From an uncultured Conexibacter sp. (lineage in GTDB: Bacteria > Actinomycetota > Thermoleophilia > Solirubrobacterales > Solirubrobacteraceae): a DNA stretch of 64,000 bases. Below are positions 1 through 10,476 of the stretch, piece after piece. Numbering within the stretch: position 1 is the first letter of the stretch; every line of letters begins with the position of its first letter. Under the pieces are notes generated by a model. It was not told where the DNA came from. It was given only the letters and a program-made list of their open reading frames with translations, and did no database searches. The stretch is taken from positions 25,040 through 89,039 of the forward strand of contig CAYUDT010000002.1 in NCBI GenBank assembly GCA_964443695.1, written 5' to 3'. A program made the translations under genes and the position numbers.

Positions 1-299
1 ACGGCCGCCCGCAGCGCTGCCGCGCAGCCCGCCGGGTTCAGCCCGCCGCCGTTGGTGATGACCTTCACCCTCCGCGCGTGCAGCTCGCCGAGCAGCGGGC
101 CGAGGGCGCGGGGGACGTCGGGCACGAAGCCCGCGCCGGGGTCCTTCATCTGCGCGCGGACGAGCAGCGCCATCGTCACCTCGGCCAGGTGGTCGCCGAC
201 CAGGTAGTCGATCGGCGCGCCCCGCAGCACCTGGGCGGCGGCCCGGGGGCTGTCGCCCCAGAACCCCGCCCAGCAGCCGACGGTGACCTGCTCAGTCAT
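1..299 (-). CDS. Acyclic terpene utilization AtuA-family protein (N-terminal part, runs off the window)
   Basis: Manual translation from ATG at 299: MTEQVTVGCWAGFWGDSP...IDYLVGDHLAEVTM...KVITNGGGLNPAGCAAALRAA, typical AtuA/DUF1446 motifs. Overlaps the stop of the upstream carboxylase. Confidence 0.85.
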   Translation of the reverse strand, partial: MTEQVTVGCWAGFWGDSPRAAAQVLRGAPIDYLVGDHLAEVTMALLVRAQMKDPGAGFVPDVPRALGPLLGELHARRVKVITNGGGLNPAGCAAALRAA

Positions 300-2163
300 C
301 CGCGGGCTCGTCGATCGCCGCCAGCAGCGCGCCCGCGTCGACCTGGTCGCCGACCTTGAGCGGCAGCGCGGAGACCGTGCCGTCGGTCGGCGCGACGATC
401 TCGTGCTCCATCTTCATCGCCTCCAGGACCAGCAGCGGCCGGCCGGCCGTGACGACGTCGCCCACCGCGGCATCCACCCGGATGACCTTGCCGGGCATCG
501 GCGCCAGCAACGATCCCGCCGCGACCTGATCGGCTGGGTCGGGGTGACGGGGCAGCTCGACGAGGTCGACCTGGCCGTCCGGGCCGGAGACGCTGACCCG
601 GTCGCCGTGGCGGCGCACGCCGAAGGTCCGGCGCACCCCATCGGCCTCGAGGTCGACGCGCTCGGCGTCTGCGTGCAGCACGGTGAGGTCCGGCGCGGGG
701 TAGGCGACGAGCAGCGTGTCGTCCCCGTGCGCGTACTCCACCGTCGGCAGGCCGATCGGGTTGTTGCGCCAGCCCGCCGGGATGGTCGCCTGCACCGTCG
801 CCGTGGCCCGGCGCGCGGCGGCGGATGCGATCGCCGCCGCCTGGGCGTGCAGCGTGACGTCCTCGACGAGCGGCTGGAGCAGGGCCGACGACTCCGGCCG
901 GTCGAGGTAGTGCGTGTCGAAGTCCCCCGCCAGGAACGCCGCGTCCTCCAGCAGGCGCACGAGGAAGTCACGGTTGGTCCGGAGGCCGTCGATCTCGGCC
1001 CGCCGCAACGCAGCCGCCAGCACCCGCGCGGCCTCGGCCCGCGTCTCGGCGTGGGCGATGACCTTGGCGATCATCGGGTCGTAGTGGATGGAGATCTCCG
1101 AGCCGGACTCCACGCCGGTGTCCACGCGGACCTCGTCGCCGAGGTCCAGCCACGACAGCGTGCCCGTCTGGGGCAGGAAGTCGGCGGCGGGGTCCTCGGC
1201 GTAGAGGCGCACCTCGATGGCGTGGCCGAACGGCTCGGGCACGTCGGGGACGCGGCCGCCGTCGGCGATCTCCAGCTGGCAGCGGACGAGGTCCAGCAGC
1301 AGGACCTCCTCGGTGACCGGGTGCTCGACCTGCAGCCGGGTGTTGACCTCCAGGAAGTAGAACTCCCCGTCGTCGCCGAGCAGGAACTCGACGGTGCCCG
1401 CCCCGACGTAGCCGATCGCCTTGCCGGCCGCCACCGCGGCGTCGCCCATGCGCTTGCGCAACGCGGCGTCGACCGCGACCGACGGCGACTCCTCCAGCAC
1501 CTTCTGGTGGCGGCGCTGGATGGAGCACTCGCGCTCGCCCAGGGACACGACGTTGCCGTGGGTGTCCCCGAGGATCTGGATCTCCACGTGGCGCCCGGTC
1601 TCGACGAACCGCTCGAACAGCAGGGTGTCGTCGCCGAAGGAGGACGCCGCCTCGCGGCGCGACGCCTCGATCGCGGCGTCGAGGTCCTCGGGCCGGCGCA
1701 CGACGCGCATGCCCTTGCCGCCACCGCCCGCGCTGGGCTTGATGATGAGCGGGAACTCCTCGGTGCCCTCCGGCAGCACCGGCACCCCGGCCTGCTCGAG
1801 CTGCCGCTTCGCGGCGAGCTTGGAGCCCATCGCGTCGATGGCCTCCGGCGTGGGGCCGACGAACGTGATGCCCGCGTCGGCGCACGCGCGGGCGAAGCCG
1901 GCGTTCTCGGCGAGGAAGCCGTAACCGGGGTGGATCGCGTCGGCCTGCGTCCGGCGCGCCGCGTCGATGATCGCGTCGCCCCGCAGGTAGGACTCCGCCG
2001 GCGTCGCGCCGCCGAGGCGCACCGCGAGGTCGGCCTCGCGGACGAACGGCGCGTCGGCGTCGACGTCGGAGTACACGGCCACCGTCGCGATGCCCATCTC
2101 CCGCGCGGTGCGGATGATGCGGCGCGCGATCTCGCCACGGTTGGCGATCAGCAGACGGCGCAT
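292..2163 (-). CDS. Biotin carboxylase / biotin carrier (acyl-CoA carboxylase alpha subunit, AtuF/MccA-like)
   Basis: MRRLLIANRGEIA start, HPGYGFLAEN, RECSIQRRHQK, FLEVNTRLQVEHPVTE and C-terminal EAMKM biotinylation motif. Confidence 0.95.
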   Translation of the reverse strand: MRRLLIANRGEIARRIIRTAREMGIATVAVYSDVDADAPFVREADLAVRLGGATPAESYLRGDAIIDAARRTQADAIHPGYGFLAENAGFARACADAGITFVGPTPEAIDAMGSKLAAKRQLEQAGVPVLPEGTEEFPLIIKPSAGGGGKGMRVVRRPEDLDAAIEASRREAASSFGDDTLLFERFVETGRHVEIQILGDTHGNVVSLGERECSIQRRHQKVLEESPSVAVDAALRKRMGDAAVAAGKAIGYVGAGTVEFLLGDDGEFYFLEVNTRLQVEHPVTEEVLLLDLVRCQLEIADGGRVPDVPEPFGHAIEVRLYAEDPAADFLPQTGTLSWLDLGDEVRVDTGVESGSEISIHYDPMIAKVIAHAETRAEAARVLAAALRRAEIDGLRTNRDFLVRLLEDAAFLAGDFDTHYLDRPESSALLQPLVEDVTLHAQAAAIASAAARRATATVQATIPAGWRNNPIGLPTVEYAHGDDTLLVAYPAPDLTVLHADAERVDLEADGVRRTFGVRRHGDRVSVSGPDGQVDLVELPRHPDPADQVAAGSLLAPMPGKVIRVDAAVGDVVTAGRPLLVLEAMKMEHEIVAPTDGTVSALPLKVGDQVDAGALLAAIDEPADD

Positions 2164-3764
2164 CACGGCCGGAACACGCCCCACTCCATCGTGCCGTTCA
2201 CCTCCTGGCTGTGGATCGAGGAGAGCGCGATGCCCAGGACGGTGCGCGTGTCGCGAGGGTCGATGATGCCGTCGTCGTAGAGCCGGCCGGACATCGGCAG
2301 GGCCAGCGACTGGCCCTCGATCTCGTTCTCGATGTACGCGCGGAGCTGCTTGTCGGCGTCCTCATCGTACTCGATGCCCTTCGCCGCCGCCGAGCCGCGC
2401 TGGACGATCGAGATGACACCGGCCAGCTGCTCGCCGCCCATGACCGCGACCTTCGCGTTGGGCCAGGCGAACATGAAGCGCGGACGGTAGGCGCGGCCGG
2501 ACATGCCGTAGTTGCCGGCACCGTAGGAGCCGCCGCAGATGACCGACAGGTGTGGCACGGTCGAGTTGGAGACCGCGTTGATCATCTGCGAGCCGTGCTT
2601 GATGATGCCGCGCTGCTCGTACTCCTTGCCGACCATGTAGCCGGTCACGTTGTGGAGGAACAGGATCGGCGTGTCGACCTGGTTGCAGAGCTGGATGAAC
2701 TGCGTGGCCTTGTTGGCCTCTTCGCTGAAGATGACGCCCTGGGTGTTGGCGACGATGCCGATGGGGTAGCCGTGCAGCGAGGCGAACCCGGTCGTCATCG
2801 AGGTGCCGTAGGACGGCTTGAACTCGTCGTACTCCGAGCCGTCGACGAGCCGCGCGATGACCTCGCGCATGTCGAAAGGCTCCTTCAGGTCGATCGAGGC
2901 GATGCCGGCGAGGTCGTCGATGGGATGCAGCGGCTCGACGACCGGAAGCTGCGACGGGCCGGGGCCGTGCTTGCGCCAGTTCAGCCGCCGGACGACCTGA
3001 CGCGCCAGGCGCAGCGCGTCCGGCTCGTCGAGCGCGAGGTAGTCGCTGAGCCCCGACACGCGCGAGTGCATCTCCGCGCCGCCGAGCGACTCGTCGTCGG
3101 ACTCCTCCCCCGTCGCCATCTTCACCAGCGGCGGGCCGCCGAGGAAGACCTTGGAGCGGTCCTTGATGAAGATGTTGTAGTCGGACATGCCCGGCTGGTA
3201 GGCGCCACCGGCGGTCGCGTTGCCGAAGACGACGCTGATGATCGGCACCTTCTGGCGCGACAGCTGGGTCGGGCGGCGGAAGCTCTCGCCACCGGGGACG
3301 AAGATCTCCGCCTGCGTCGGCAGGTCCGCGCCGCCGGACTCGACCAGGCCGATCATCGGCAGCCGGTTCTCCTCGGCGATGTCGAACGCGCGCAGCGACT
3401 TCTTGACGGTGTACGGGTTGGCCGTGCCGCCCTTCACCGTCTGGTCGGGCGCGGTGATCATGCACTCGACGCCCTCCACGACGCCGATGCCCGTGAGCAC
3501 GGACGCGCCGAGGTGGAAGTCGGTGCCGTGGGCGGCGAACGGGCTGAGCTCCAGGAACGCGGTGTCACGGTCGACGAGCAGCTCGACGCGCTCACGCGGC
3601 AGCAGCTTGCCGCGGTCGTGGTTGCGCCGGACGGCGCGCTCGCCACCGCCGCCGCGGACGATGGCGAACAGCTCGTCGAGCTCCTGCAGCTTCTCGAGCA
3701 TCCCGGCGCGGTTGCGCTGGAACCCCTCGGAGCTGCGGTCGACGTTCGTCCCTAGGGCCGGCAT
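2163..3764 (-). CDS. Acyl-CoA carboxylase carboxyltransferase (beta) subunit, AtuC/MccB-like
   Basis: GKLLPRERVELLVD, ESGGADLP, AGGAYQP, GGPPLVKMATGE, GSYGAGNYGM, DDGIIDPRDTR. Start taken at MPALGT. Coupled to the alpha subunit. Confidence 0.93.
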   Translation of the reverse strand: MPALGTNVDRSSEGFQRNRAGMLEKLQELDELFAIVRGGGGERAVRRNHDRGKLLPRERVELLVDRDTAFLELSPFAAHGTDFHLGASVLTGIGVVEGVECMITAPDQTVKGGTANPYTVKKSLRAFDIAEENRLPMIGLVESGGADLPTQAEIFVPGGESFRRPTQLSRQKVPIISVVFGNATAGGAYQPGMSDYNIFIKDRSKVFLGGPPLVKMATGEESDDESLGGAEMHSRVSGLSDYLALDEPDALRLARQVVRRLNWRKHGPGPSQLPVVEPLHPIDDLAGIASIDLKEPFDMREVIARLVDGSEYDEFKPSYGTSMTTGFASLHGYPIGIVANTQGVIFSEEANKATQFIQLCNQVDTPILFLHNVTGYMVGKEYEQRGIIKHGSQMINAVSNSTVPHLSVICGGSYGAGNYGMSGRAYRPRFMFAWPNAKVAVMGGEQLAGVISIVQRGSAAAKGIEYDEDADKQLRAYIENEIEGQSLALPMSGRLYDDGIIDPRDTRTVLGIALSSIHSQEVNGTMEWGVFRP

Positions 3765-3782
3765 GCGGGACCGCCCTCGGTT

Positions 3783-3817
3783 TGCACGATCATGCAGGCA
3801 AACTACACGACCGTGTA
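3783..3817. promoter_or_regulatory. Two related palindromic operators, probably for the adjacent TetR
   Basis: TGCACG-AT-CATGCA (3783-3796) and TACACG-AC-CGTGTA (3804-3817) in the short divergent gap between carboxyltransferase and TetR. Confidence 0.6.
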
Positions 3818-3827
3818 AATTTGCGGT

Positions 3828-4406
3828 GTGGCATTTCCGTCGGGCACCTATGAGCTGAAAGGCGCGGACGCCACCCGCGAGAAGCTGCTGCAGGCCACCC
3901 ACGAGCTGCTGGTCGAGCGCACCGGGGCCGAGCCGTCGCTCAGCCAGGTGTGCGAGCGCGCCGGTGTGCAGACGGGGATGGTGCGCTACTGCTTCGGTGG
4001 CAAGACCGAGATGCTCGAGGCGCTGGTGGACCGCATCCGCTCGACCGTCCGGGCCGACCTCGAGCGGCTGGCCGCCGCCGACCTCGAGCCCGAGGAGAAG
4101 CTGCGTCGCAACGTCCGCGCGATGCTGGGCAACTTCGCGTCGTTCCCGTACAGCCGGCAGCTGTCGGAGCAGCTCCGCGACGACGGCACCGTCGCCACGT
4201 CCTTCGCCGAGATGATGGTGCCGTTCTACACCGCGCTGGTGCAGGAGGGCGTCAGGGCGGGGACGTTCCGCAAGCTCGACCCGCGGCTGCTCTACGTCTC
4301 CATCACCGGCATGGCGGAGTCGCTGGCCGGGTCGCGCGAGCTGTTCGACGACGAGCGCTTCGCCGAAGGCGCGATCGAGCTGCTGCTCGACGGCATCCGG
4401 GCCTAG
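3828..4406 (+). CDS. TetR-family transcriptional regulator
   Basis: N-terminal HTH TREKLLQAT...SLSQVCERAGVQTGMVRYCFGGK, divergent from the carboxylase operon. Confidence 0.9.
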   Translation: MAFPSGTYELKGADATREKLLQATHELLVERTGAEPSLSQVCERAGVQTGMVRYCFGGKTEMLEALVDRIRSTVRADLERLAAADLEPEEKLRRNVRAMLGNFASFPYSRQLSEQLRDDGTVATSFAEMMVPFYTALVQEGVRAGTFRKLDPRLLYVSITGMAESLAGSRELFDDERFAEGAIELLLDGIRA

Positions 4407-4420
4407 GGGCCGCCGGGCCT

Positions 4421-4442
4421 GGTCCTCTCGATCGAGAGGACC
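4421..4442. repeat. Perfect 22-bp palindrome between convergent genes (terminator or REP-like)
   Basis: GGTCCTCTCGATCGAGAGGACC is its own reverse complement. Confidence 0.6.
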
Positions 4443-4587
4443 GCGGGGAGCGTCGTGACAGGTACCCCCGCACCGTCCCGGCACGCCCACCGCAGGTGTG
4501 TCGATTCCTGCCAGCACGTCCGCGCGGCACCCGACACACGGCCGGACGACCCGCGACGACGTGCGGGGCCGCATCGACGCCGTCGAC

Positions 4588-6825
4588 CTAGCGACCCAGG
4601 GTGCGCCGCGCCACCTTCAGGACCGTCCGGCCGGTGGTGCTGCGGAAGCGGGCGGTGACGGTGAGCCGGCCATGCCGGCGTTGCGGCAGCCGGAGCCGCA
4701 GGCGGCGGGCGCCGGCGCGCTCGAAGCGGACGACCCGGTCGAGGACGCGCCGGCGGTCCAGCATCGCGCGCACGCGCACGAGGCCGGGGCGGTCGAGGCC
4801 GACCCGGACGTCGTGCGCCTCGATCCGCAAACCGAGCTCCACCGCCGGCAGGGGCTGCGTGAACCTCCGGCGGTAGGGCGCGGCGCCGTCCTCACGCCGC
4901 AGCTCGAGGTCCAGCGTCGCGGTGTCGCCCTCGCCGCGCACGCGCACCAGCGCGTAGTGGCAGCGCTCGTCGGCGTAGAGGACGCCGGGCCGGTCGCGGA
5001 GCTTCGACGCGGCCTGCGGGTCGGAGATCGTGATGTCGTTGGGGACGGGGATGCCCATCGGGCACGCGCGGGCCTCGAAGCGCGCGCCGTCCTCGAAGAC
5101 GCCGGTCAGGTGCGTGTCGCCCGTGAGGAAGACGACGCGGCCGCTGACCTCGGCGTCGATGACCCGGAGCAGCTCGTCGCGCTCGTGGGTGAAGCCCGCC
5201 GCCCAGTTGCCGTCGCGCGCGTTGGCGCGCATGAAGACCGTGCACGGGGAGCAGACGATCTTGAACGGCGCCCGCGACGACCGCAGCCCGTCGAGCAGCC
5301 ACGCCTTCTGGCGCGCCCCGAGCAGCGTCTTGGCCGCGTCGTCGGGCGCGGCCGGGTCGGACTTGAAGCGCCGCTGGTCCAGCACCCAGACGTCGGCCAC
5401 ACCCGCGCTGAAGCGGTAGCCGACGCCCGTCCCCATCAGCGCGTCCCAGGGACCGACACCCCACGGGGTCCGCGGGATCGTCAGCGCGTTGGAGTCCTGC
5501 GTGGCGTAGTCGTGGTCGTCGCGCATCGCCGCGAACGCGGACCGCGCGAAGACGCGGGCCAGCCGTGGGTTGGCCAGGAAGTCGCGCCAGATGCCGGCGT
5601 AGCCGGACGCCGTCTGGGCCAGCGGCCCGACGGTGTCGGGGTAGTTCAGGTCGCCCTGCCACACGAACACGTCGGGGTCGGCGCGGGCCAGGTCGTCGAA
5701 CAGCGGACCGAACTGCGAGGCGCACGCGCCCACCGCCAGCGTCACCGGACGCGGGTCGTTGGGGCCCGGCAGGACGGTGAAGCTCCGCACCGGCCCGACG
5801 GTGCTCGACCCCGCCCGTTGCAGCGTGGCCCGCCAGTGCACCCGCGACCCCGGCGCCAGCCCGCGCACGTTGGCGGTGAACGCGTCGAAGGCGCCGGTGG
5901 ACCCGGATGCCACCCGCCGCGGACGCTCGAAGCCGGGTGTGGAGGACACCTCGATGACCACCCGCGCCGGCAGGTCGGCCGCGACGTGCAGTCGCGCGCC
6001 ACCGGTGCGCGGCACGCCGGTCGTCGCGGCCAGCACCGATGCGGGCGTCACCGCCGGGGCCTCCTTCGTGCTCACCGTGACGTCGTGGAACGCGACCGTC
6101 GAGTCGCGCCGGATCGTCTGCAGCACCTGCGCCCCGACCGGGGTCTGCAGGAACGCCTCGCCCTCCTGCACGCCGTAGGGCAGCAGGTGGACGTTGCCCA
6201 GCGCCGGGAACACCGACGGTCCCGCGCTGGGGAACAGCGTCCGGGCCTGGCCGAGGACACCGGGGTCGCCGGCCCGCTGCAGCGGGCCATGGGCGTCCTG
6301 CGCGCGCACCGTGAAGACCGCCCCGCTCGTCGACGTGAGGGTCGCCACCAGCGCCGTCGGCGCAGCACCCACCGCCGACAGCTCGATGACGGCCGCCCCG
6401 CCGACCACCGCGGTCTGCGCCAGCGTCACCAGCGACGTCCCGCTGCGGCGCAGGATCGTCAGGGTCACCCCGTCGTACACGGCCGCGTAGTGATCGGTCG
6501 GGCCGACGCGCCGCAGCACCACGCCCACCGCGGAGCCGGCCTGCGCGATCACGGCCCGCACGCTGCCGTCGCGAAACCGCCGGTCGACCAGGAAGGCGAC
6601 CGGCCGCGGGTCGGCCGGGAAGACGTCGGTCCCGGCCTCCAGCACCGCGACACCGCCGCTGACACGTAGGTTGGCGACACCTGAGCAGGCCCACGCGCCG
6701 CCCCACCCAGCGGGGGTGTCCGCGAACCCCGCCGCGCCCGCGCCGCGCGTCCGCACGAGCAGCCCTGCGCCCGCCGCGGCACCGAGCGCCATCAACCGCC
6801 GTCGGGTGACCTCCCCCTCGCGCAC
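4588..6825 (-). CDS. Tat-exported PhoD-like alkaline phosphatase D family protein
   Basis: Twin-arginine signal VTRRRLMALGAAAGAG; PDVFVWQGDLNYPD, RDDHD, LDQRRFK, LLGARQKAWL, VVFLTGDTH; Arg-rich C-terminal extension. Confidence 0.85.
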   Translation of the reverse strand: MREGEVTRRRLMALGAAAGAGLLVRTRGAGAAGFADTPAGWGGAWACSGVANLRVSGGVAVLEAGTDVFPADPRPVAFLVDRRFRDGSVRAVIAQAGSAVGVVLRRVGPTDHYAAVYDGVTLTILRRSGTSLVTLAQTAVVGGAAVIELSAVGAAPTALVATLTSTSGAVFTVRAQDAHGPLQRAGDPGVLGQARTLFPSAGPSVFPALGNVHLLPYGVQEGEAFLQTPVGAQVLQTIRRDSTVAFHDVTVSTKEAPAVTPASVLAATTGVPRTGGARLHVAADLPARVVIEVSSTPGFERPRRVASGSTGAFDAFTANVRGLAPGSRVHWRATLQRAGSSTVGPVRSFTVLPGPNDPRPVTLAVGACASQFGPLFDDLARADPDVFVWQGDLNYPDTVGPLAQTASGYAGIWRDFLANPRLARVFARSAFAAMRDDHDYATQDSNALTIPRTPWGVGPWDALMGTGVGYRFSAGVADVWVLDQRRFKSDPAAPDDAAKTLLGARQKAWLLDGLRSSRAPFKIVCSPCTVFMRANARDGNWAAGFTHERDELLRVIDAEVSGRVVFLTGDTHLTGVFEDGARFEARACPMGIPVPNDITISDPQAASKLRDRPGVLYADERCHYALVRVRGEGDTATLDLELRREDGAAPYRRRFTQPLPAVELGLRIEAHDVRVGLDRPGLVRVRAMLDRRRVLDRVVRFERAGARRLRLRLPQRRHGRLTVTARFRSTTGRTVLKVARRTLGR

Positions 6826-6850
6826 GGTCCCATCCTGCCAATGTGGAGGC

Positions 6851-7498
6851 ATGGAGATCGCGATCGCCGGAGCGCACGGCCAGATCGGCCGCCGTCTCAC
6901 CCGCCTGCTGTCCGCCGACGGCCACACCGTCCGCGGCCTGATCCGCAACCCCGACCACGCCGACGACGTGGCGGCGGACGGCGGAGAGGCCGTCGTCTGC
7001 GACCTCGAGGCGCTGACGCCCGGCGAGATCGCGGCGGACATCGACGGCGCGGACGCCGTCGTCTTCGCCGCCGGCGCGGGACCGGGGAGCGGCAGCGAGC
7101 GCAAGGTCACCATGGACCGCGACGGCGCGACGAAGCTCATCAACGCGGCAGAGGCGGCCGGCATCACGCGCTACGTCATGGTCTCCGCCGTCGGCACCGA
7201 GAGCCCGCCGGACGGGGACGACACGTTCAGCGTCTACCTGCGCGCCAAGGCCGAGGCCGACGCTGCGCTCGCGGCGTCCGACCGCGACTGGACCATCGTC
7301 CGGCCCGGCCGCCTCACCGACGACGCCGGCACCGGCAGGGTCACGCTGACGACCGACCCCCACCGCGGCGAGGTGACCCGCGACGACGTCGCCGCGGTCC
7401 TGGCCGCGGTGCTCGGCACGCCGGCCACGATCGGGCTGACGCTCTACCTCAACGCTGGCGACACGCCGATCACCGAGGCCATCGCCGCAGTGGCCTGA
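6851..7498 (+). CDS. NAD(P)-binding atypical SDR oxidoreductase
   Basis: MEIAIAGAHGQIG Rossmann start, VVFAAGAGPGSG, YLRAK, WTIVRPGRLTD; GGAGG RBS upstream. Confidence 0.9.
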   Translation: MEIAIAGAHGQIGRRLTRLLSADGHTVRGLIRNPDHADDVAADGGEAVVCDLEALTPGEIAADIDGADAVVFAAGAGPGSGSERKVTMDRDGATKLINAAEAAGITRYVMVSAVGTESPPDGDDTFSVYLRAKAEADAALAASDRDWTIVRPGRLTDDAGTGRVTLTTDPHRGEVTRDDVAAVLAAVLGTPATIGLTLYLNAGDTPITEAIAAVA

Positions 7499-7555
7499 AC
7501 GCCGGCGCCGCGCGATCGATCGCGTCACAGGACCTGGCCACGTCCCGTGGATACG

Positions 7556-9706
7556 TCAGCGTCGTACGACGACCTTTGCCCGCGCGCGGCCGAGCCGGAC
7601 GGTCAGAGTCACCGAGCCACGGCGGGCCTGCGCCTTGGGCAGCGTGACGACCACCGGCACCGCCTGACCGGCCCGCAGGCGCCGCGCGAGGCGCAACAGA
7701 CGGCGACGCCCGGCATGGACGGTCAACTCGGCGCGCGCAGAGCGGTCGGCACGCAGCGTGCCCAGGGTCACGCGCCGGCCGTTGCGGCGCAGCTCGCGCA
7801 CGAGGCGCAGCGATCCGGAGCGCAACAGGACCACCTCGCGGGGTGGCCGGGCGGCCGGCGCCATCGTGGGCGTTGTCGGTTGTGCCGTGGCGGGCGTCGT
7901 CGTCGGCGCCGCTGCAGGAGTGCTGTCCTGCGGTGGCGGCGGGCCGTCCACGTCGGCGCTCGGCAGGCCCACGGTCCAACCCCGAGATGTCGGTGCGGCC
8001 TGGGTGTTGCCGGCGGGGTCGGTCGCCCGGACGGCGAAGGTGTGCGGTCCTGTGCCGAGCCCGTCGTAGGTCACCGGCGACGCGCACGGCGCGGGCGCCC
8101 CACCGTCGAGGCTGCACGCCGCCGTCGACCCCGGCTCGAGGTCGAAGACGAACGTTGCGGTCGGCCCCGCCGAGCCCGAGGGTCCGGCCAGCAGCGGCGT
8201 GACCGGCGCGACGTCGTCGGCGGTCACGTCGAACGCATCGCTGCTGTCGGTGCCGTAGGGCGTGTCGACGCGGATCGGGCCGTCGCTCGCGGCGTTGGGG
8301 ACGGTTACGATCAGGTCGGCGCCGTCGGCGCGCCAGCGGGTCGCGTCCCCGCCACCGAAGCGCACGCGCGTCGCGCCGGTCAGGGCGGTCCCGGTCAGGC
8401 GGACCTCGGTGCCGGGACCACCGGCTGCGGGACTGCGCGAGGTGACGTCGGGCGCGGCGGTGCACGGGTCGGTACCGCTCGCGACCACCGTCTGCGCGGT
8501 CGCCGCGGCGATGCCGCTCGCCGTATGCGTGAAGACGCGCTTGACCCCGCGCTGGGGGCCGTAGCACGTCGCTCCGAACGCCAGCGCGTCCGGGATGGCC
8601 TGGACGGTGAGCGTCTGCCCGACCGGACCGTAGTCCAGCGTCAGCGTCATGCCGCCCTGCTGCCAGAAGGCGTCGCGGTAGGTGCCGTAGTACTGCGGGT
8701 CGCCCATGTCGAAGGTCAGCAGGATCGAGCCGTTGCCGCGGGTGAAGAACGACAGCTCGTCGCCCACCCCGACCTTGACCTTCCAGTGACCGTCGGTGTC
8801 CTGGAACGGATCCCCGATGCTCAGGACGTCGTCGGCGCGCCGTGGCGCAGCGGTCGTGAACGACGCCGATCCTGTCCGCGAGACGGCGCCCTGGCAGCCG
8901 GGCTCGTTCGTGAACGTCGACACCTGCGTGTAGACCGCGGAGGCGATCAACGGGTCCTTCACCACCAGCTGCCCGCGCCGCAGGGGCGTCGCAGTGACGG
9001 GTTGGCGTCCGGGCGCCAGCAGCACGCTCTGGCAGAGGTCGTCGAGCCGCGTCGTCCCCACGTCCTCCTGGTAGAGCTGCAGGACCGGACCGCCCAGCAC
9101 CGGTCCGCCGGGGTCCGTCGTGAACCCCGCCTCGAAGTAGTTGGTCGGCGGCGCGTCGAAGTGCGCCTCGTAGATGGGCACGCCTGTCTGCCCGTCGTAC
9201 GGCACGCTCCACTGCCGCGGCGGGTCCGACGCCGGCCGGCGCTGCTCGACGTCATCGGCGTCGGCGTTGGCGAACCACGCACAGCCCAGCGTGAAGGTGC
9301 CTTCCGTCCGCTCGGCCACCCCGGCCTTCAGCGGGAAGGGAGAGAGGAAGTGGAAGAGGTGGCCGGGCGAGTGGAAGAACGGCTTGCCGCCGTTGAGCAG
9401 CCCGTAGCCGAGGACCGAGCGACCCGCCGCCTTCTGCCCCAGCTCGGTGTATCCGGGCTTTCCGGGGATCTCGTTGTGCGGGTCGTCCGGGAACCCCAGG
9501 CCGTTGCCGTTAAGCAGCCCGTAGTTGACGTGGTTCAGGCAGCCCTGGTCCATCGCGGCGTCACCGACCAGGGCGGGCATGCCGTCGGCGGCACGCCGGG
9601 CGTTGACGCCGGCCAGCAGCCCCGCCGGATCGACCGGGGGATCGGCCGACGCGGGCGCCGCCAGCGCCAGCGCGGCGACGGTCACCATCACCCAGCGGAG
9701 CGTCAT
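7556..9706 (-). CDS. Secreted protein with CAP-like domain, IPT/TIG and Ig-like domains and a basic C-terminal tail
   Basis: Signal peptide MTLRWVMVTVAALALAAPASA; CAP-like VNARRAADGMPAL...HSPGH; IPT-like GTEVRLTGTALTGATRVRFG; Ig-like CSLDGGAPAPCASP...HTFAVRATDPAGN. Confidence 0.75.
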   Translation of the reverse strand: MTLRWVMVTVAALALAAPASADPPVDPAGLLAGVNARRAADGMPALVGDAAMDQGCLNHVNYGLLNGNGLGFPDDPHNEIPGKPGYTELGQKAAGRSVLGYGLLNGGKPFFHSPGHLFHFLSPFPLKAGVAERTEGTFTLGCAWFANADADDVEQRRPASDPPRQWSVPYDGQTGVPIYEAHFDAPPTNYFEAGFTTDPGGPVLGGPVLQLYQEDVGTTRLDDLCQSVLLAPGRQPVTATPLRRGQLVVKDPLIASAVYTQVSTFTNEPGCQGAVSRTGSASFTTAAPRRADDVLSIGDPFQDTDGHWKVKVGVGDELSFFTRGNGSILLTFDMGDPQYYGTYRDAFWQQGGMTLTLDYGPVGQTLTVQAIPDALAFGATCYGPQRGVKRVFTHTASGIAAATAQTVVASGTDPCTAAPDVTSRSPAAGGPGTEVRLTGTALTGATRVRFGGGDATRWRADGADLIVTVPNAASDGPIRVDTPYGTDSSDAFDVTADDVAPVTPLLAGPSGSAGPTATFVFDLEPGSTAACSLDGGAPAPCASPVTYDGLGTGPHTFAVRATDPAGNTQAAPTSRGWTVGLPSADVDGPPPPQDSTPAAAPTTTPATAQPTTPTMAPAARPPREVVLLRSGSLRLVRELRRNGRRVTLGTLRADRSARAELTVHAGRRRLLRLARRLRAGQAVPVVVTLPKAQARRGSVTLTVRLGRARAKVVVRR

Positions 9707-10476
9707 GCGAACGCCGCCACGATCGCGTCCCGCGCGACCGCCACCGCCTCCGCACCGGCCACGGCGCGCTGCTCGACCGTCGGGAAGATCGGATAGCCCC
9801 GGGTCAGGTCGGCCGGGTCGAACAGCAACATGCCGCGCAACCCGGGCGTGAAGCCGATGTCCCGGTCCCACAGCGCCACCGTCAGCTCGAACGGCTCCCA
9901 TCCCTGCGGCTGCGCGCGCAGGCGCAGGATCATCTCCGGCGCCGGGTTGGGCTGGGCTGCCAGCGCCTGCTCCATCAGCGCGCGCGCAGCGCGCTTGGTC
10001 AGCGTCTGGCGCACCGGTGGCGGCGCGGGGCGCGAGACCCGCCCGGTGGGCGTGGCTCCGAGGATCTCGCACGGCGCCTCGGCGCCGTGGTGGACCATGT
10101 CGTGCACCCACGCTTTCAGCTCGTCGGCGTACTCCTCCTCGGAGGTGAGGATGACCGCCTCGGTCGGCTCCGCCGGGTCGTAGGCGATGACCAGGCGCTC
10201 ACCGATCTGCGGCAGGTCGCCCCTGCGGAACTTGCCCTTCGCGGTGACCTCCAGCGGCGCTCCGTCCTCGTCGAGGACGACGTAGGTCGCACACGTCCGG
10301 AACACGCGCGCCTGGTTGCCCTGGCTCGTGCCGATGCGGGTGTTGGTCCGCTCGAACTCGCAGCTGCCGACGACCGCCTGCGCCGCGATCCACCCGGGCG
10401 GGGCGCTCTCGGCGCGAGGGCGCCGGTAGCCCCCGCGCTTGACGCCCTCGATCCTGCGCCGGCCGAACCACCCCAT
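9703..10476 (-). CDS. Hypothetical protein
   Basis: 257-aa ORF with normal composition; its stop overlaps the next start (ATGA at 9703-9706). Confidence 0.65.
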   Translation of the reverse strand: MGWFGRRRIEGVKRGGYRRPRAESAPPGWIAAQAVVGSCEFERTNTRIGTSQGNQARVFRTCATYVVLDEDGAPLEVTAKGKFRRGDLPQIGERLVIAYDPAEPTEAVILTSEEEYADELKAWVHDMVHHGAEAPCEILGATPTGRVSRPAPPPVRQTLTKRAARALMEQALAAQPNPAPEMILRLRAQPQGWEPFELTVALWDRDIGFTPGLRGMLLFDPADLTRGYPIFPTVEQRAVAGAEAVAVARDAIVAAFA